This document shows positions 1 through 7,578 of a DNA stretch of 64,000 bases, in pieces. This DNA comes from an uncultured delta proteobacterium (GTDB taxonomy: Bacteria; Myxococcota; Myxococcia; Myxococcales; Myxococcaceae). A model generated the notes under the pieces. That model was not told the DNA's origin and did not search any database. It was given only the letters and a program-made list of their open reading frames with translations. The translations under genes were made by a program, and so were the position numbers. Each line of letters starts with the position of its first letter. Within the stretch, counting starts at the first letter, position 1. The stretch lies in NCBI GenBank assembly GCA_963713045.1, contig CAVQKE010000004.1, forward strand, positions 96,001 to 160,000, written 5' to 3'.

Positions 1-965
1 TCGGACTCGGCACACGTGGTGTAGCCCATGAAGTTTCGCCGGAGCGTTCCATTGGCGCGTGCTTGGCAAAGTTCATCGCTGGGGAGCGCGAAGTGGTCCA
101 GCCCGATGTAGCGGTAGCCGGCGTCTTGGAGACGGGCCAAGGACTTCTCAAACAGTGCGAGCCGGAGTTCCGGGCTCGGAAGCTCTTCGAACTTGAACTG
201 CCCCTGTCGTTTCTTTAGCGATGGGACATGTGCATAGCCGAAGAGTGCGACCCGGTCTGGACGAAGTTCTTCGATCCTGTCCAGAGTTCGCTGGAAGCCC
301 TCCAGCGTCTGAAGGGGCAGGCCATACATCAGGTCTAGGTTGATGCTGACGAAGCCAAGGTCGCGACATGTCTGGACCAGATCGCGTGTCTGCTCCCAGG
401 GCTGCACGCGGTTGACTCGGCGCTGAACGACGGGGTCGAAGTCCTGGACGCCCATGCTCACTCGGTTAAACCCTAGAGCGGCAAGCACGCGCATTTGCTC
501 CGCACTGGTGACCGGCGGATGAACCTCGATGGACGCCTCGGCACCCGGCCTCAAATCAAAGTGCTTTCGGAGCGTCTCGACCAAACGCGTGAGCTGCGCT
601 GGGTCGAGATATGTCGGTGTTCCCCCTCCGAGATGGAGCTGGACAACCTCTCGACTGCCGGGCAGCAGACTCGCCAATCGCTCGACTTCAATCTCAAGTG
701 CCCGGAGATACTGCTCGACCAGCGCCGGGTTGCGGGTCACGAGCATGTTGCACCCGCAGTAGAAGCAGAGTTTTCGGCAGAATGGGACGTGGACGTAAAT
801 GGACAGTGGGCGGTTGGACCGCGAAATCGCCTCGCGAGCATCGGTTTCGCTCAGCGACTCGCACCAGCGGTTGGCCGGCGGGTAGCTTGTGTAGCGGGGG
901 ACAGGCTCAGACCCGTATGACTCGAGCAGCGAGCGACGTCGGGATTCGCTTCGTAGCGGAATCAC
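1..965 (-). CDS. hemN: Oxygen-independent coproporphyrinogen III oxidase (radical SAM); 3' end runs off the window
   Basis: Absent from the ORF track because there is no stop in the window. Manual translation gives PRYTSYPPA, LSIYVHVPFCRKLCFYCGC (CxxxCxxC), LHLGGGTPT, NRVSMGVQDFDP, YIGLDHFA and RNFMGYTT. Probable GTG start at 965 with GGAGG upstream. Confidence 0.93.
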   Translation of the reverse strand, partial: MIPLRSESRRRSLLESYGSEPVPRYTSYPPANRWCESLSETDAREAISRSNRPLSIYVHVPFCRKLCFYCGCNMLVTRNPALVEQYLRALEIEVERLASLLPGSREVVQLHLGGGTPTYLDPAQLTRLVETLRKHFDLRPGAEASIEVHPPVTSAEQMRVLAALGFNRVSMGVQDFDPVVQRRVNRVQPWEQTRDLVQTCRDLGFVSINLDLMYGLPLQTLEGFQRTLDRIEELRPDRVALFGYAHVPSLKKRQGQFKFEELPSPELRLALFEKSLARLQDAGYRYIGLDHFALPSDELCQARANGTLRRNFMGYTTCAES

Positions 966-995
966 GTGCAGGACATCCTCCCAACTAGAGCAGGC

Positions 996-1012
996 TGCAA
1001 GCCTTGGACCTA
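996..1012 (-). promoter_or_regulatory. Candidate sigma54 (-24/-12) promoter for hemN
   Basis: Minus strand TAGGTCCAAGGCTTGCA = GG-N10-GC with TTGCA at -12; predicted start ~985, just before the GGAGG SD. Confidence 0.45.
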
Positions 1013-1074
1013 GAAGTCGCTGCTCTGCGTCGATGCATCCGGCTTTGAGGGCACGGGTGCTGTTGGCACGTCTC

Positions 1075-1117
1075 CGCAAGACTTGCGGCCTTGGTCGGCT
1101 GCGACGCAATCGGTGCT
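1075..1117. promoter_or_regulatory. Paired palindromic sites (candidate enhancer/UAS) upstream of hemN
   Basis: CGCAAGACTTGCG at 1075-1087 (perfect inverted repeat) and degenerate CGCAATCGGTGCT at 1105-1117, 30 bp apart. Confidence 0.5.
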
Positions 1118-1193
1118 GTTGCGCTGGGTGGGCGAGCCGGCTGGGGCGCAGGCGCCAGCCAGCGACGGCAGTTGCGAACTCCAGACCCGTTGT

Positions 1194-2345
1194 TCAAACA
1201 ATCGGGAGTTGAATTCGGAACGAGGCGCCGCCCAGGTCGCTCGTGTCCACCCGAAGACTTCCACCGTGTTGGCCGACAATGCCCTGAACGATTGCCAAAC
1301 CTAGGCCCGACCCGCGTGGCTTCGTCGTGAAGAAGGGCTCGAAAATCTTCTCGCGAAGCTCGGGTGAGACTCCAGTGCCGGCATCCTCCACCTGCAGCTC
1401 CAGCTGGTTTGGGCGTACTGAGGATAGGCTCACTCGGATTTCTCCGCCCTGAGGGCTCGCGTCGAGCGCGTTGAGCAAGAGATTCATGACGACTTCCCGA
1501 AGTCGAGACTGTTCCCCCGCTGTCTTCAGATCGCGGTCCAGACGGAGGGTGAAGTTGATGCCACGACTCGCGGCGTCAGTCGCGAGGAGCTCTGTCACCT
1601 GCTCGACCAGGGGCGCGACCATCACGGGTTCGTGGCCAATCTCGTGTGGGCGGGCGAATCTGAGAAACTCCTCTAGGAGTTGGTCCAACCTGCGGATTTC
1701 CTCTTGAACCAGAAGCAAGGGTTGTAGCGCATCCGCTTGGACGTCGACTGGCATCCTCCGGACCCGCCGCTCCAAAACAGCGAGCTGGAGTGTCGCCGCG
1801 TTGAGTGGGTTGCGAATTTCGTGGGAAAGACCGGCTGTCAGGGTGCGTACTGCTGCCAACCGCTGCACTTCCTGATCCTCGCGGTAGATGTAGAGCATGA
1901 TGCCTAGTTCAACATCCAAAATGCGGTCCAAGGCGGCACGTGTCGCGCTCGCGCGCTGGGGCCGGTCGGCCAATTCTGCCGCCACCACAGCCTCGAACTC
2001 GCGCCGCAGGACGTTCATGCCTCCAAACATGTAGTGCTGCGGTAGGCCAATGCGGACATGCGCGCGGCCGATGCGGGTGCGACGCTCAAAGTAGGCGAGA
2101 TCCCAAGGGCCGAGTAGGGTTGTCCCCATCCATTCGACGAGCAGCTTCTTGAGTCTGCCAACTTCGGACTCGCCGCCGTCCAATGCGCGACGAGCACCGG
2201 GATGGTCCAGAATCCGCCTGTAAAAGACGTCGGCCACGCGCGCGAAGTAAGGCTGTGCAATTGGATGAAACGCGCGCAGGGCTTCCGAATCGGTCGCACC
2301 GAAACCGGTATAACCAAGAAGCTCTTCGAAGACGCGATACGGCAT
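1194..2345 (-). CDS. Globin-coupled (protoglobin-domain) sensor histidine kinase, AfGcHK-like
   Basis: N-terminal sensor globin (FYRRIL, RIGRAHVRIGLPQHYM with proximal His), H-box LSHEIRNPL, N-box NLLLNALDA, G-boxes DAGTG and FTTKPRGSGLGL. Likely ATG at 2345; the ORF extends to 2417. Confidence 0.9.
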   Translation of the reverse strand: MPYRVFEELLGYTGFGATDSEALRAFHPIAQPYFARVADVFYRRILDHPGARRALDGGESEVGRLKKLLVEWMGTTLLGPWDLAYFERRTRIGRAHVRIGLPQHYMFGGMNVLRREFEAVVAAELADRPQRASATRAALDRILDVELGIMLYIYREDQEVQRLAAVRTLTAGLSHEIRNPLNAATLQLAVLERRVRRMPVDVQADALQPLLLVQEEIRRLDQLLEEFLRFARPHEIGHEPVMVAPLVEQVTELLATDAASRGINFTLRLDRDLKTAGEQSRLREVVMNLLLNALDASPQGGEIRVSLSSVRPNQLELQVEDAGTGVSPELREKIFEPFFTTKPRGSGLGLAIVQGIVGQHGGSLRVDTSDLGGASFRIQLPIV

Positions 2346-2406
2346 CGCGAAGAGAGGAGATATCGTCCCCCCGTGCGCGAGGCCAGCTGAAGCGGAGGAT
2401 GCGCGA

Positions 2407-2835
2407 CTAGTGAACAACCAACACCGGCTTGGGACAAGTGTGCAGAAGCCGAGTGGTTACGCTTCCCAGGAGAAATCGGGCCAGCGCTCCCTTGCCTGTC
2501 GCACCAGCCACCACCAAGTCCACGTCTGCGCCGCCCGCTGCCTCGGCCACTTGCTCCGCCGGAGGGCCCACCACGACGTGCGTGCCGAGTCTTACGCCCC
2601 GTTTACGCATGGTCTGCACGGCCTCTTCGACTAACGCTTCCCCCGCCCGTTCTTCGGTGGCCAGCATCTCCTGCAACCCTGCCAGCGCCGCCTCGGGCGG
2701 CGCGATGGGGACCTGAATGGCGTACACCAAGGTGAGTTTGGAGTGGAAAGGGCCGGCCAACTCGGAGGCGAAATCCAGGGCGCGTCGAGCCGGCGCTGAG
2801 CCGTCGTAGGCGACAAGGATGTGCCGAATGGACAT
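2407..2835 (-). CDS. Universal stress protein (UspA family)
   Basis: ILVAYDGS at the N-terminus; VVAGATGKG...FLLGSVTTRLLHTCPKPVLVV at the C-terminus. Confidence 0.92.
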   Translation of the reverse strand: MSIRHILVAYDGSAPARRALDFASELAGPFHSKLTLVYAIQVPIAPPEAALAGLQEMLATEERAGEALVEEAVQTMRKRGVRLGTHVVVGPPAEQVAEAAGGADVDLVVAGATGKGALARFLLGSVTTRLLHTCPKPVLVVH

Positions 2836-2851
2836 GTGAGACGAGGAGCTT

Positions 2852-2867
2852 TCAAGACTCGGGCCAA
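2852..2867 (-). promoter_or_regulatory. Candidate sigma54 promoter for usp-gcHK (TTGA variant at -12)
   Basis: Minus strand TTGGCCCGAGTCTTGA = GG-N10-GA; predicted start only ~5 nt before the SD-less ATG at 2835. Confidence 0.4.
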
Positions 2868-2908
2868 GGTCGTCTCCGGGTGAGCTGGTCGGCTCGCCCT
2901 TGCATCAG

Positions 2909-2944
2909 CGCAAGGCTTGCGGTGGGTCGTGTGCAAAGCTTGCC
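2909..2944. promoter_or_regulatory. Paired palindromic sites (candidate UAS) upstream of usp-gcHK
   Basis: CGCAAGGCTTGCG at 2909-2921 and TGCAAAGCTTGCC at 2932-2944. Confidence 0.5.
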
Positions 2945-3687
2945 CAACCTCACAAACCAGCGGCGACAGCATCCCCCTCCGATGCTTCCGCCCGACGTAG
3001 CCAGGCGAGCCTTGCGTCCCGGACGGCCGATTTTCATCGGTTCGGGTGCCGCCGACGTCTGGCTCTCGTGGGAGGCGATGGTTCGGTATGGAAGGTAGCC
3101 TCACGGATGACGAGGCCGGACGCATCCTCGCCCTCGGACCAGCCCCCGACGTGGCGCAGGAGATGGGCTCGAATCCCCGGGACTGCTCGCTGTACCGAGA
3201 GCCGGGCGACTTCACACCTCTCTTCCTCTCGGCAGTGGGTCACAGAACCGGATGGAGCCACACTTCGGGTTGGCATCGGTCGCGCACCGTCGGCCACCCT
3301 CACCGCATCGCACGGTCACAGGGGCTTACCGACCCGCACTGGAATGCTTTCAGAGGGTCTCGCGGGTGCTTCGGTCCGGTGGGGTAACCGGTTCTTTCTC
3401 CTGGGGAGCAGGAGCGCGACGGTCGGCAGACGAAGTGCTGCGTCTAACTGGGTGAGCGACACCTAAGTCATCGCACAACGTGGCCAAAGCGGGGTTTGGG
3501 TACAGTTCTGACGCAGCGCCGGAGAGAGGTCGGCAAGGACACAAGGGCGTGAAAGGCCTCTGAGCCGATGTCTTGGTGAGCAATCCGGCCTACTCGGCGT
3601 ATTTTCGACGCGTGGGACTCATCGACTGCCACTTCCGGACATCCAGCGGCCTGTGCCGTCCAATTTCCGTTCGCCGATGCGTCTGAG

Positions 3688-3730
3688 CGCAACAGCTGCG
3701 GTCTCGGCACGTAAGGCCGCAAGCCCTGCG
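3688..3730. promoter_or_regulatory. Paired palindromic sites (candidate UAS) upstream of the NtrC-family gene
   Basis: CGCAACAGCTGCG at 3688-3700 and CGCAAGCCCTGCG at 3718-3730. Each has one mismatch to CGCAA-N3-TTGCG; they are 30 bp apart. Confidence 0.45.
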
Positions 3731-3761
3731 CGGCTTTACCCGTTCGTCCCGCATCCTGGGT

Positions 3762-3777
3762 CGGCGCGAGAGATGCA
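3762..3777 (+). promoter_or_regulatory. Candidate sigma54 promoter for the ntrC-like/usp operon
   Basis: CGGCGCGAGAGATGCA = GG-N10-GC, close to TGGCACG-N4-TTGCA. Confidence 0.4.
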
Positions 3778-3888
3778 TTCTCGCTCCGCATGCGCTCTCC
3801 GACGGAACAGTTGCCAAAGGGTCCTCGGCGCGAGGTGGCTTCCCCGCAATCCCGGAGCCGAGACGAAGCTCTGGTAACCTCGGAAGCC

Positions 3889-5292
3889 ATGCCCCGCGCC
3901 CATGTGCTGGTGGTGGATGATGAGCCCAATGCGCGCAGTGGCCTGCGCACACTGTTGACCGAGGAGGGCTTTCAGGTCTCCGAGGCGGCCGATGGTATCG
4001 AGGCGCTCAACATCCTTCGGGGCCAGAAGGTTGACGTCACCCTTGCCGATGTGCGGATGCCACGGATGGACGGGCTTGCCCTGGTTCGCGCGGCGCGAGA
4101 GGAAGGCCTTTCGGGCGCTTTTGTGATGATGACTGCCTTCGCCAGCGTTGAGACGGCCGTCGAGGCGATGCGCGCCGGCGCCGAGAATTTCCTTACCAAG
4201 CCGCTCGCCCCCTCGACGGTCTTGGTGGTCCTCGAAAAAGTGCTGGAGAAGCGAGAACTGGCCCGAGACGCAGACCAGCTTCGCGCGCGGATCCGTGAAC
4301 GCTTTCGCATCGAATCCATCATTGGCGAAAGCGCTGCGCTGCAATCCATCTTTGAGGTCGTGAAGCGCGCGGCACCGACCAAAGCCACCATTTTACTGCT
4401 CGGCGAGTCTGGGACCGGCAAGGAGCTCGTGGCTCAGGCCATTCACCAAGAATCGCCACGACGTGACAAGCCCTTCATCAAGGTCAACTGCGCGGCGTTG
4501 TCTGAGACGCTGCTCGAGTCCGAGTTATTCGGGCACGAACGGGGCTCGTTCACTGGTGCGGTCGGCCGACGCGAGGGCCGATTTGAGCTTGCTGACGGAG
4601 GAACCCTGTTTCTTGATGAAATCGGTGACATCCCGCCTTCGGTTCAGGTGAAGCTTCTCCGCGCCCTTCAGCAGCGCGAATTCGAGCGGGTAGGGGGGAC
4701 GCAAACGCTCAAGGTGGATGTCCGCGTGATTGCGGCCACCAACCGTGATCTCGCCGCAGCGGTAACGACAGGAAAGTTTCGAGAAGACCTCTACTACCGG
4801 CTCAACGTCGTTGCCGTGACGCTCCCACCGCTTCGTCAGCGCAAGGGCGACATTCCCGCACTGGTCTCCCACTTCATCCGCCGGTACGCCGAGGCCTATG
4901 GCAAACCGCTGCGAGGTCTATTGCCCGGGACGCTCAACGCACTCCTGCGCTACGATTGGCCCGGCAATGTGCGCGAGCTCGAGAACGTCATCGAGCGCGC
5001 GGTGGTCTTAGCGGCAACGCCTGACTTGACGACCGACGACTTGCCTCCGGTGCTCAGTGGGCCCCTGCCCGTGAGCGCCCGACGCGGTTCGCTCATCCCC
5101 GGGGGCACGATGCACGAAATTGAACGCGAGGCCATCCTGCGCACGCTGGAGGTCGTCGACGGAAGCACGTCGCGCGCGGCAGAGATGCTCGGCATCAGTC
5201 CTCGCACCATTCAGTATCGGCTGAAAGAATATGGGCAAGAGAACGCCGCCTCCACAGCGAAGCCGACCGAGCCGGGAGACGACAATTCGTGA
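3889..5292 (+). CDS. Sigma54-dependent response regulator (NtrC/AtoC family enhancer-binding protein)
   Basis: Receiver (VLVVDDE, DVRMP), Walker [24 protein letters not shown], Walker [18 protein letters not shown], and a Fis-type HTH ([17 protein letters not shown]). ATG 3889 chosen. Confidence 0.95.
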   Translation: MPRAHVLVVDDEPNARSGLRTLLTEEGFQVSEAADGIEALNILRGQKVDVTLADVRMPRMDGLALVRAAREEGLSGAFVMMTAFASVETAVEAMRAGAENFLTKPLAPSTVLVVLEKVLEKRELARDADQLRARIRERFRIESIIGESAALQSIFEVVKRAAPTKATILLLGESGTGKELVAQAIHQESPRRDKPFIKVNCAALSETLLESELFGHERGSFTGAVGRREGRFELADGGTLFLDEIGDIPPSVQVKLLRALQQREFERVGGTQTLKVDVRVIAATNRDLAAAVTTGKFREDLYYRLNVVAVTLPPLRQRKGDIPALVSHFIRRYAEAYGKPLRGLLPGTLNALLRYDWPGNVRELENVIERAVVLAATPDLTTDDLPPVLSGPLPVSARRGSLIPGGTMHEIEREAILRTLEVVDGSTSRAAEMLGISPRTIQYRLKEYGQENAASTAKPTEPGDDNS

Positions 5293-6572
5293 GCGTCCTC
5301 GCAGCGATTCGCTTCGTCGAGGCCGCTACGGTCGGGGAGGCCGCTGCGGGGATCGCCCGTAGGTTGGGCGAACCGTTGCACCTGGTGCATGTGCTGCCGG
5401 CGGAGTCCGCTCAAGTTCCGGGCGACGTCGCCAAAGCGTTCATCCATGGAGCCCTCGCAGCGATGGCTCGACGACTCGGAACGAGTGGGCTTCGCGTCAC
5501 GTTTGAAGTTGCCGCCGGCGAGACCCACGCAGAGTTGCTCGCGGCCGTGGCCAATACGCACCCCTCGCTGATGGTGGTGGCTCTTCCCCCGCCCGACGCC
5601 GGGCGCGGTCGTGGCGGGACGGTCGACCGTCTGTCGGAGCTCTGTCCGGTGCCGATGCTCGCCGTCTCGGTCGCGGAGCCTTTCGCGTCTTGGGGACCAC
5701 AACGGCCCTTGCGTGTCGCGGTGGGCGTGGATAGCTCACGCCCCTCGTATGCCGCAGCAGCTTTGCTCAAGCAGCTTGCCGAGAAAGGTCCTGTCGAGCT
5801 GACCGCGGTGCGCATCGTCTATCCGCTCTTCGATGCCCGACGCCTGGGGCTCCCGCTTCCAGTCGATTTCCGGGAGCTTGGTGAAGAACTGACGACTGCC
5901 CTTCGGCGGGAGGTTGAAGACGTCCTGAAAGACGCTCGCTCGGTTGCTCGCAAAACGGAAATTATTCTTCAGCCGACCATCGGAAATGCAGCTGGAGCTT
6001 TGATGGCAATCGCCGAGGAGTCGCATGCGGAGGTAATTGTTCTAGGCACTCACCACCGTCGTGCTCTCGGCCGCCTTTGGAGTGTTTCTCACCAGATGCT
6101 ACGCCTCAGGCGAATGGCGGTCCTGACCGTCCCTGACCTCCCAGCGATTTCGTCACAGCGTTGTACTTTCCATACCGTCCTCGCGGCGACTGATTTTTCG
6201 CTGCTGGGCGATGAAGCGGTGGCGCTCGGATACGCCGCGCTGCACCAAGGCGGAACGCTCCACCTGGTTCACGTGGCGAAGCGCCAGCCTTCAACGGAGG
6301 AGCAAGCGGTCCTTCTCCGTCGCCTTCGCGGACTCGTCCCGCATGTCGATGAGGGCATCGACGTCGAGGCGGAGGTTCGAGTTTGCGATGAGCCCCCCGG
6401 CTCTGACGAAGCACTCTGTGTCCTACAGTCCGCTGAACGGATTGGCGCGGATTTGATTGCTCTCGGTAAAGGAGGTCATTCCCCACTGGGGATGAGCCTT
6501 CTCGGCTCTGTGGCGATGAGGATTATGGCAGGCGCACATGTGCCGGTACTCGTGGCACGGCCGGCGAACTAG
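5289..6572 (+). CDS. Multi-domain universal stress protein (about three USP repeats)
   Basis: LHLVHV, VAVGVDSS, VLAATDFS and LLGSVAMRIMAGAHVPVLVA motifs; GTGA overlap with the upstream stop. Confidence 0.85.
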   Translation: MSVLAAIRFVEAATVGEAAAGIARRLGEPLHLVHVLPAESAQVPGDVAKAFIHGALAAMARRLGTSGLRVTFEVAAGETHAELLAAVANTHPSLMVVALPPPDAGRGRGGTVDRLSELCPVPMLAVSVAEPFASWGPQRPLRVAVGVDSSRPSYAAAALLKQLAEKGPVELTAVRIVYPLFDARRLGLPLPVDFRELGEELTTALRREVEDVLKDARSVARKTEIILQPTIGNAAGALMAIAEESHAEVIVLGTHHRRALGRLWSVSHQMLRLRRMAVLTVPDLPAISSQRCTFHTVLAATDFSLLGDEAVALGYAALHQGGTLHLVHVAKRQPSTEEQAVLLRRLRGLVPHVDEGIDVEAEVRVCDEPPGSDEALCVLQSAERIGADLIALGKGGHSPLGMSLLGSVAMRIMAGAHVPVLVARPAN

Positions 6573-6748
6573 AGTGCGTTGCCGAAGCGCTTTGGCCTCA
6601 AGTCGCCCGTCCTGGCGCTGAGGCTGCGCGTCATTGAGCTGAACCGAGAACCAGGGTGTTAATTCTCGGGCTTCGGCGGATTCATCTTGTTGTCCCGGTA
6701 TCGACGCCTTGGACGCTGCCGTAGCGCGGACGAATGCGGTTGCTGGGG

Positions 6749-7135
6749 CTACGTGGGCGCGATGTTGCGGGCCCCAGTGCGCCAGGTCCACAGGAGAAGT
6801 AGGGCCACCACAGCATGGAGGGCCACCGCCGGCCACAAGAGCAAGCCTCCCACGTGCCTGACGATGCCGAGGAACCCGAAGTACAGCGCAACCAGTCCAT
6901 TGTAGGCCAACAGCCCCCGCGCGGCTCGGGGGGAGTTGTCCGGCATTTGCACCGGCCAGGACGCCAGTCCGAGGCCAAGCAAGGCAAAGCCGGCCACCCG
7001 CGCAATCGGCATTGCGTCGGCTGACAACGTCGAGCCCAACAGCAGGGAGACGACCACCTTGGGAATGGCCATCAGGGCAACGCCGGTGGCCGCTTCCAGG
7101 CAGGCCGCGAAACGCAAAAGGCCACTCTGTCTCAT
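6749..7135 (-). CDS. Small integral membrane protein (about 4 TM), downstream of the arylsulfatase
   Basis: Hydrophobic helices (LEAATGVALMAIP, RVAGFALLGLGLASWP, LLAYNGLVALYF, LLWPAVALHAVVALLL). Confidence 0.7.
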   Translation of the reverse strand: MRQSGLLRFAACLEAATGVALMAIPKVVVSLLLGSTLSADAMPIARVAGFALLGLGLASWPVQMPDNSPRAARGLLAYNGLVALYFGFLGIVRHVGGLLLWPAVALHAVVALLLLWTWRTGARNIAPT

Positions 7136-7196
7136 CGGCTGCCTCCCACGCACGGCCGGACGCGATGCGGGTCTCTTCCAGTCAGCGTCAGTGCCT

Positions 7197-7517
7197 CTAT
7201 GGAATCATTCCGCATTCGAACATTTTATTTAGAACCGGCGCGGCAATCTTGTCGATAAAGAGCTTCCGTGCTTGGTCATCGCTCTTTAGAAAGGCAACGG
7301 CTGCCTTCTCCTTTTCCGAAGGCGGCTGGAGCTTCTGTGCCTTCAGCTGCTCGCAGCTGGCCGCTTGGAACTTCTTAATGACTTGGTCGGCCGCGTACTC
7401 CTGCAGCATCCCCTGCCCGCTACAGGCGGCTGCCACCACCAGGGCCAACACCGCCGCGCCGAGTCCGAGTGACTTGAGGGTGGAAATCGAAACTTTCACA
7501 GTGATGGATTGACGCAC
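7197..7517 (-). CDS. Small exported protein or lipoprotein with two conserved-looking Cys
   Basis: AAGGAG SD 6 nt before GTG 7517; signal or lipobox-like LVVAAAC; SCEQL...KMFECGMIP. Confidence 0.7.
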   Translation of the reverse strand: MRQSITVKVSISTLKSLGLGAAVLALVVAAACSGQGMLQEYAADQVIKKFQAASCEQLKAQKLQPPSEKEKAAVAFLKSDDQARKLFIDKIAAPVLNKMFECGMIP

Positions 7518-7578
7518 CTTGCACTCCTTCGTCTTGTCGAATGGGTCTTGGCCTTGCTTCCCTGAAGGCGGCACCCCG

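Noticed and set aside
1061..1078. TGGCACG...GCA on the + strand as a sigma54 promoter
   Set aside because: Spacing is GG-N9-GC rather than N10, and it points away from hemN.
2945..3687. Several 60-190 aa ORFs in the usp-ntrC gap
   Set aside because: No recognisable motifs and Arg/Pro/Ser-rich composition typical of non-coding frames.
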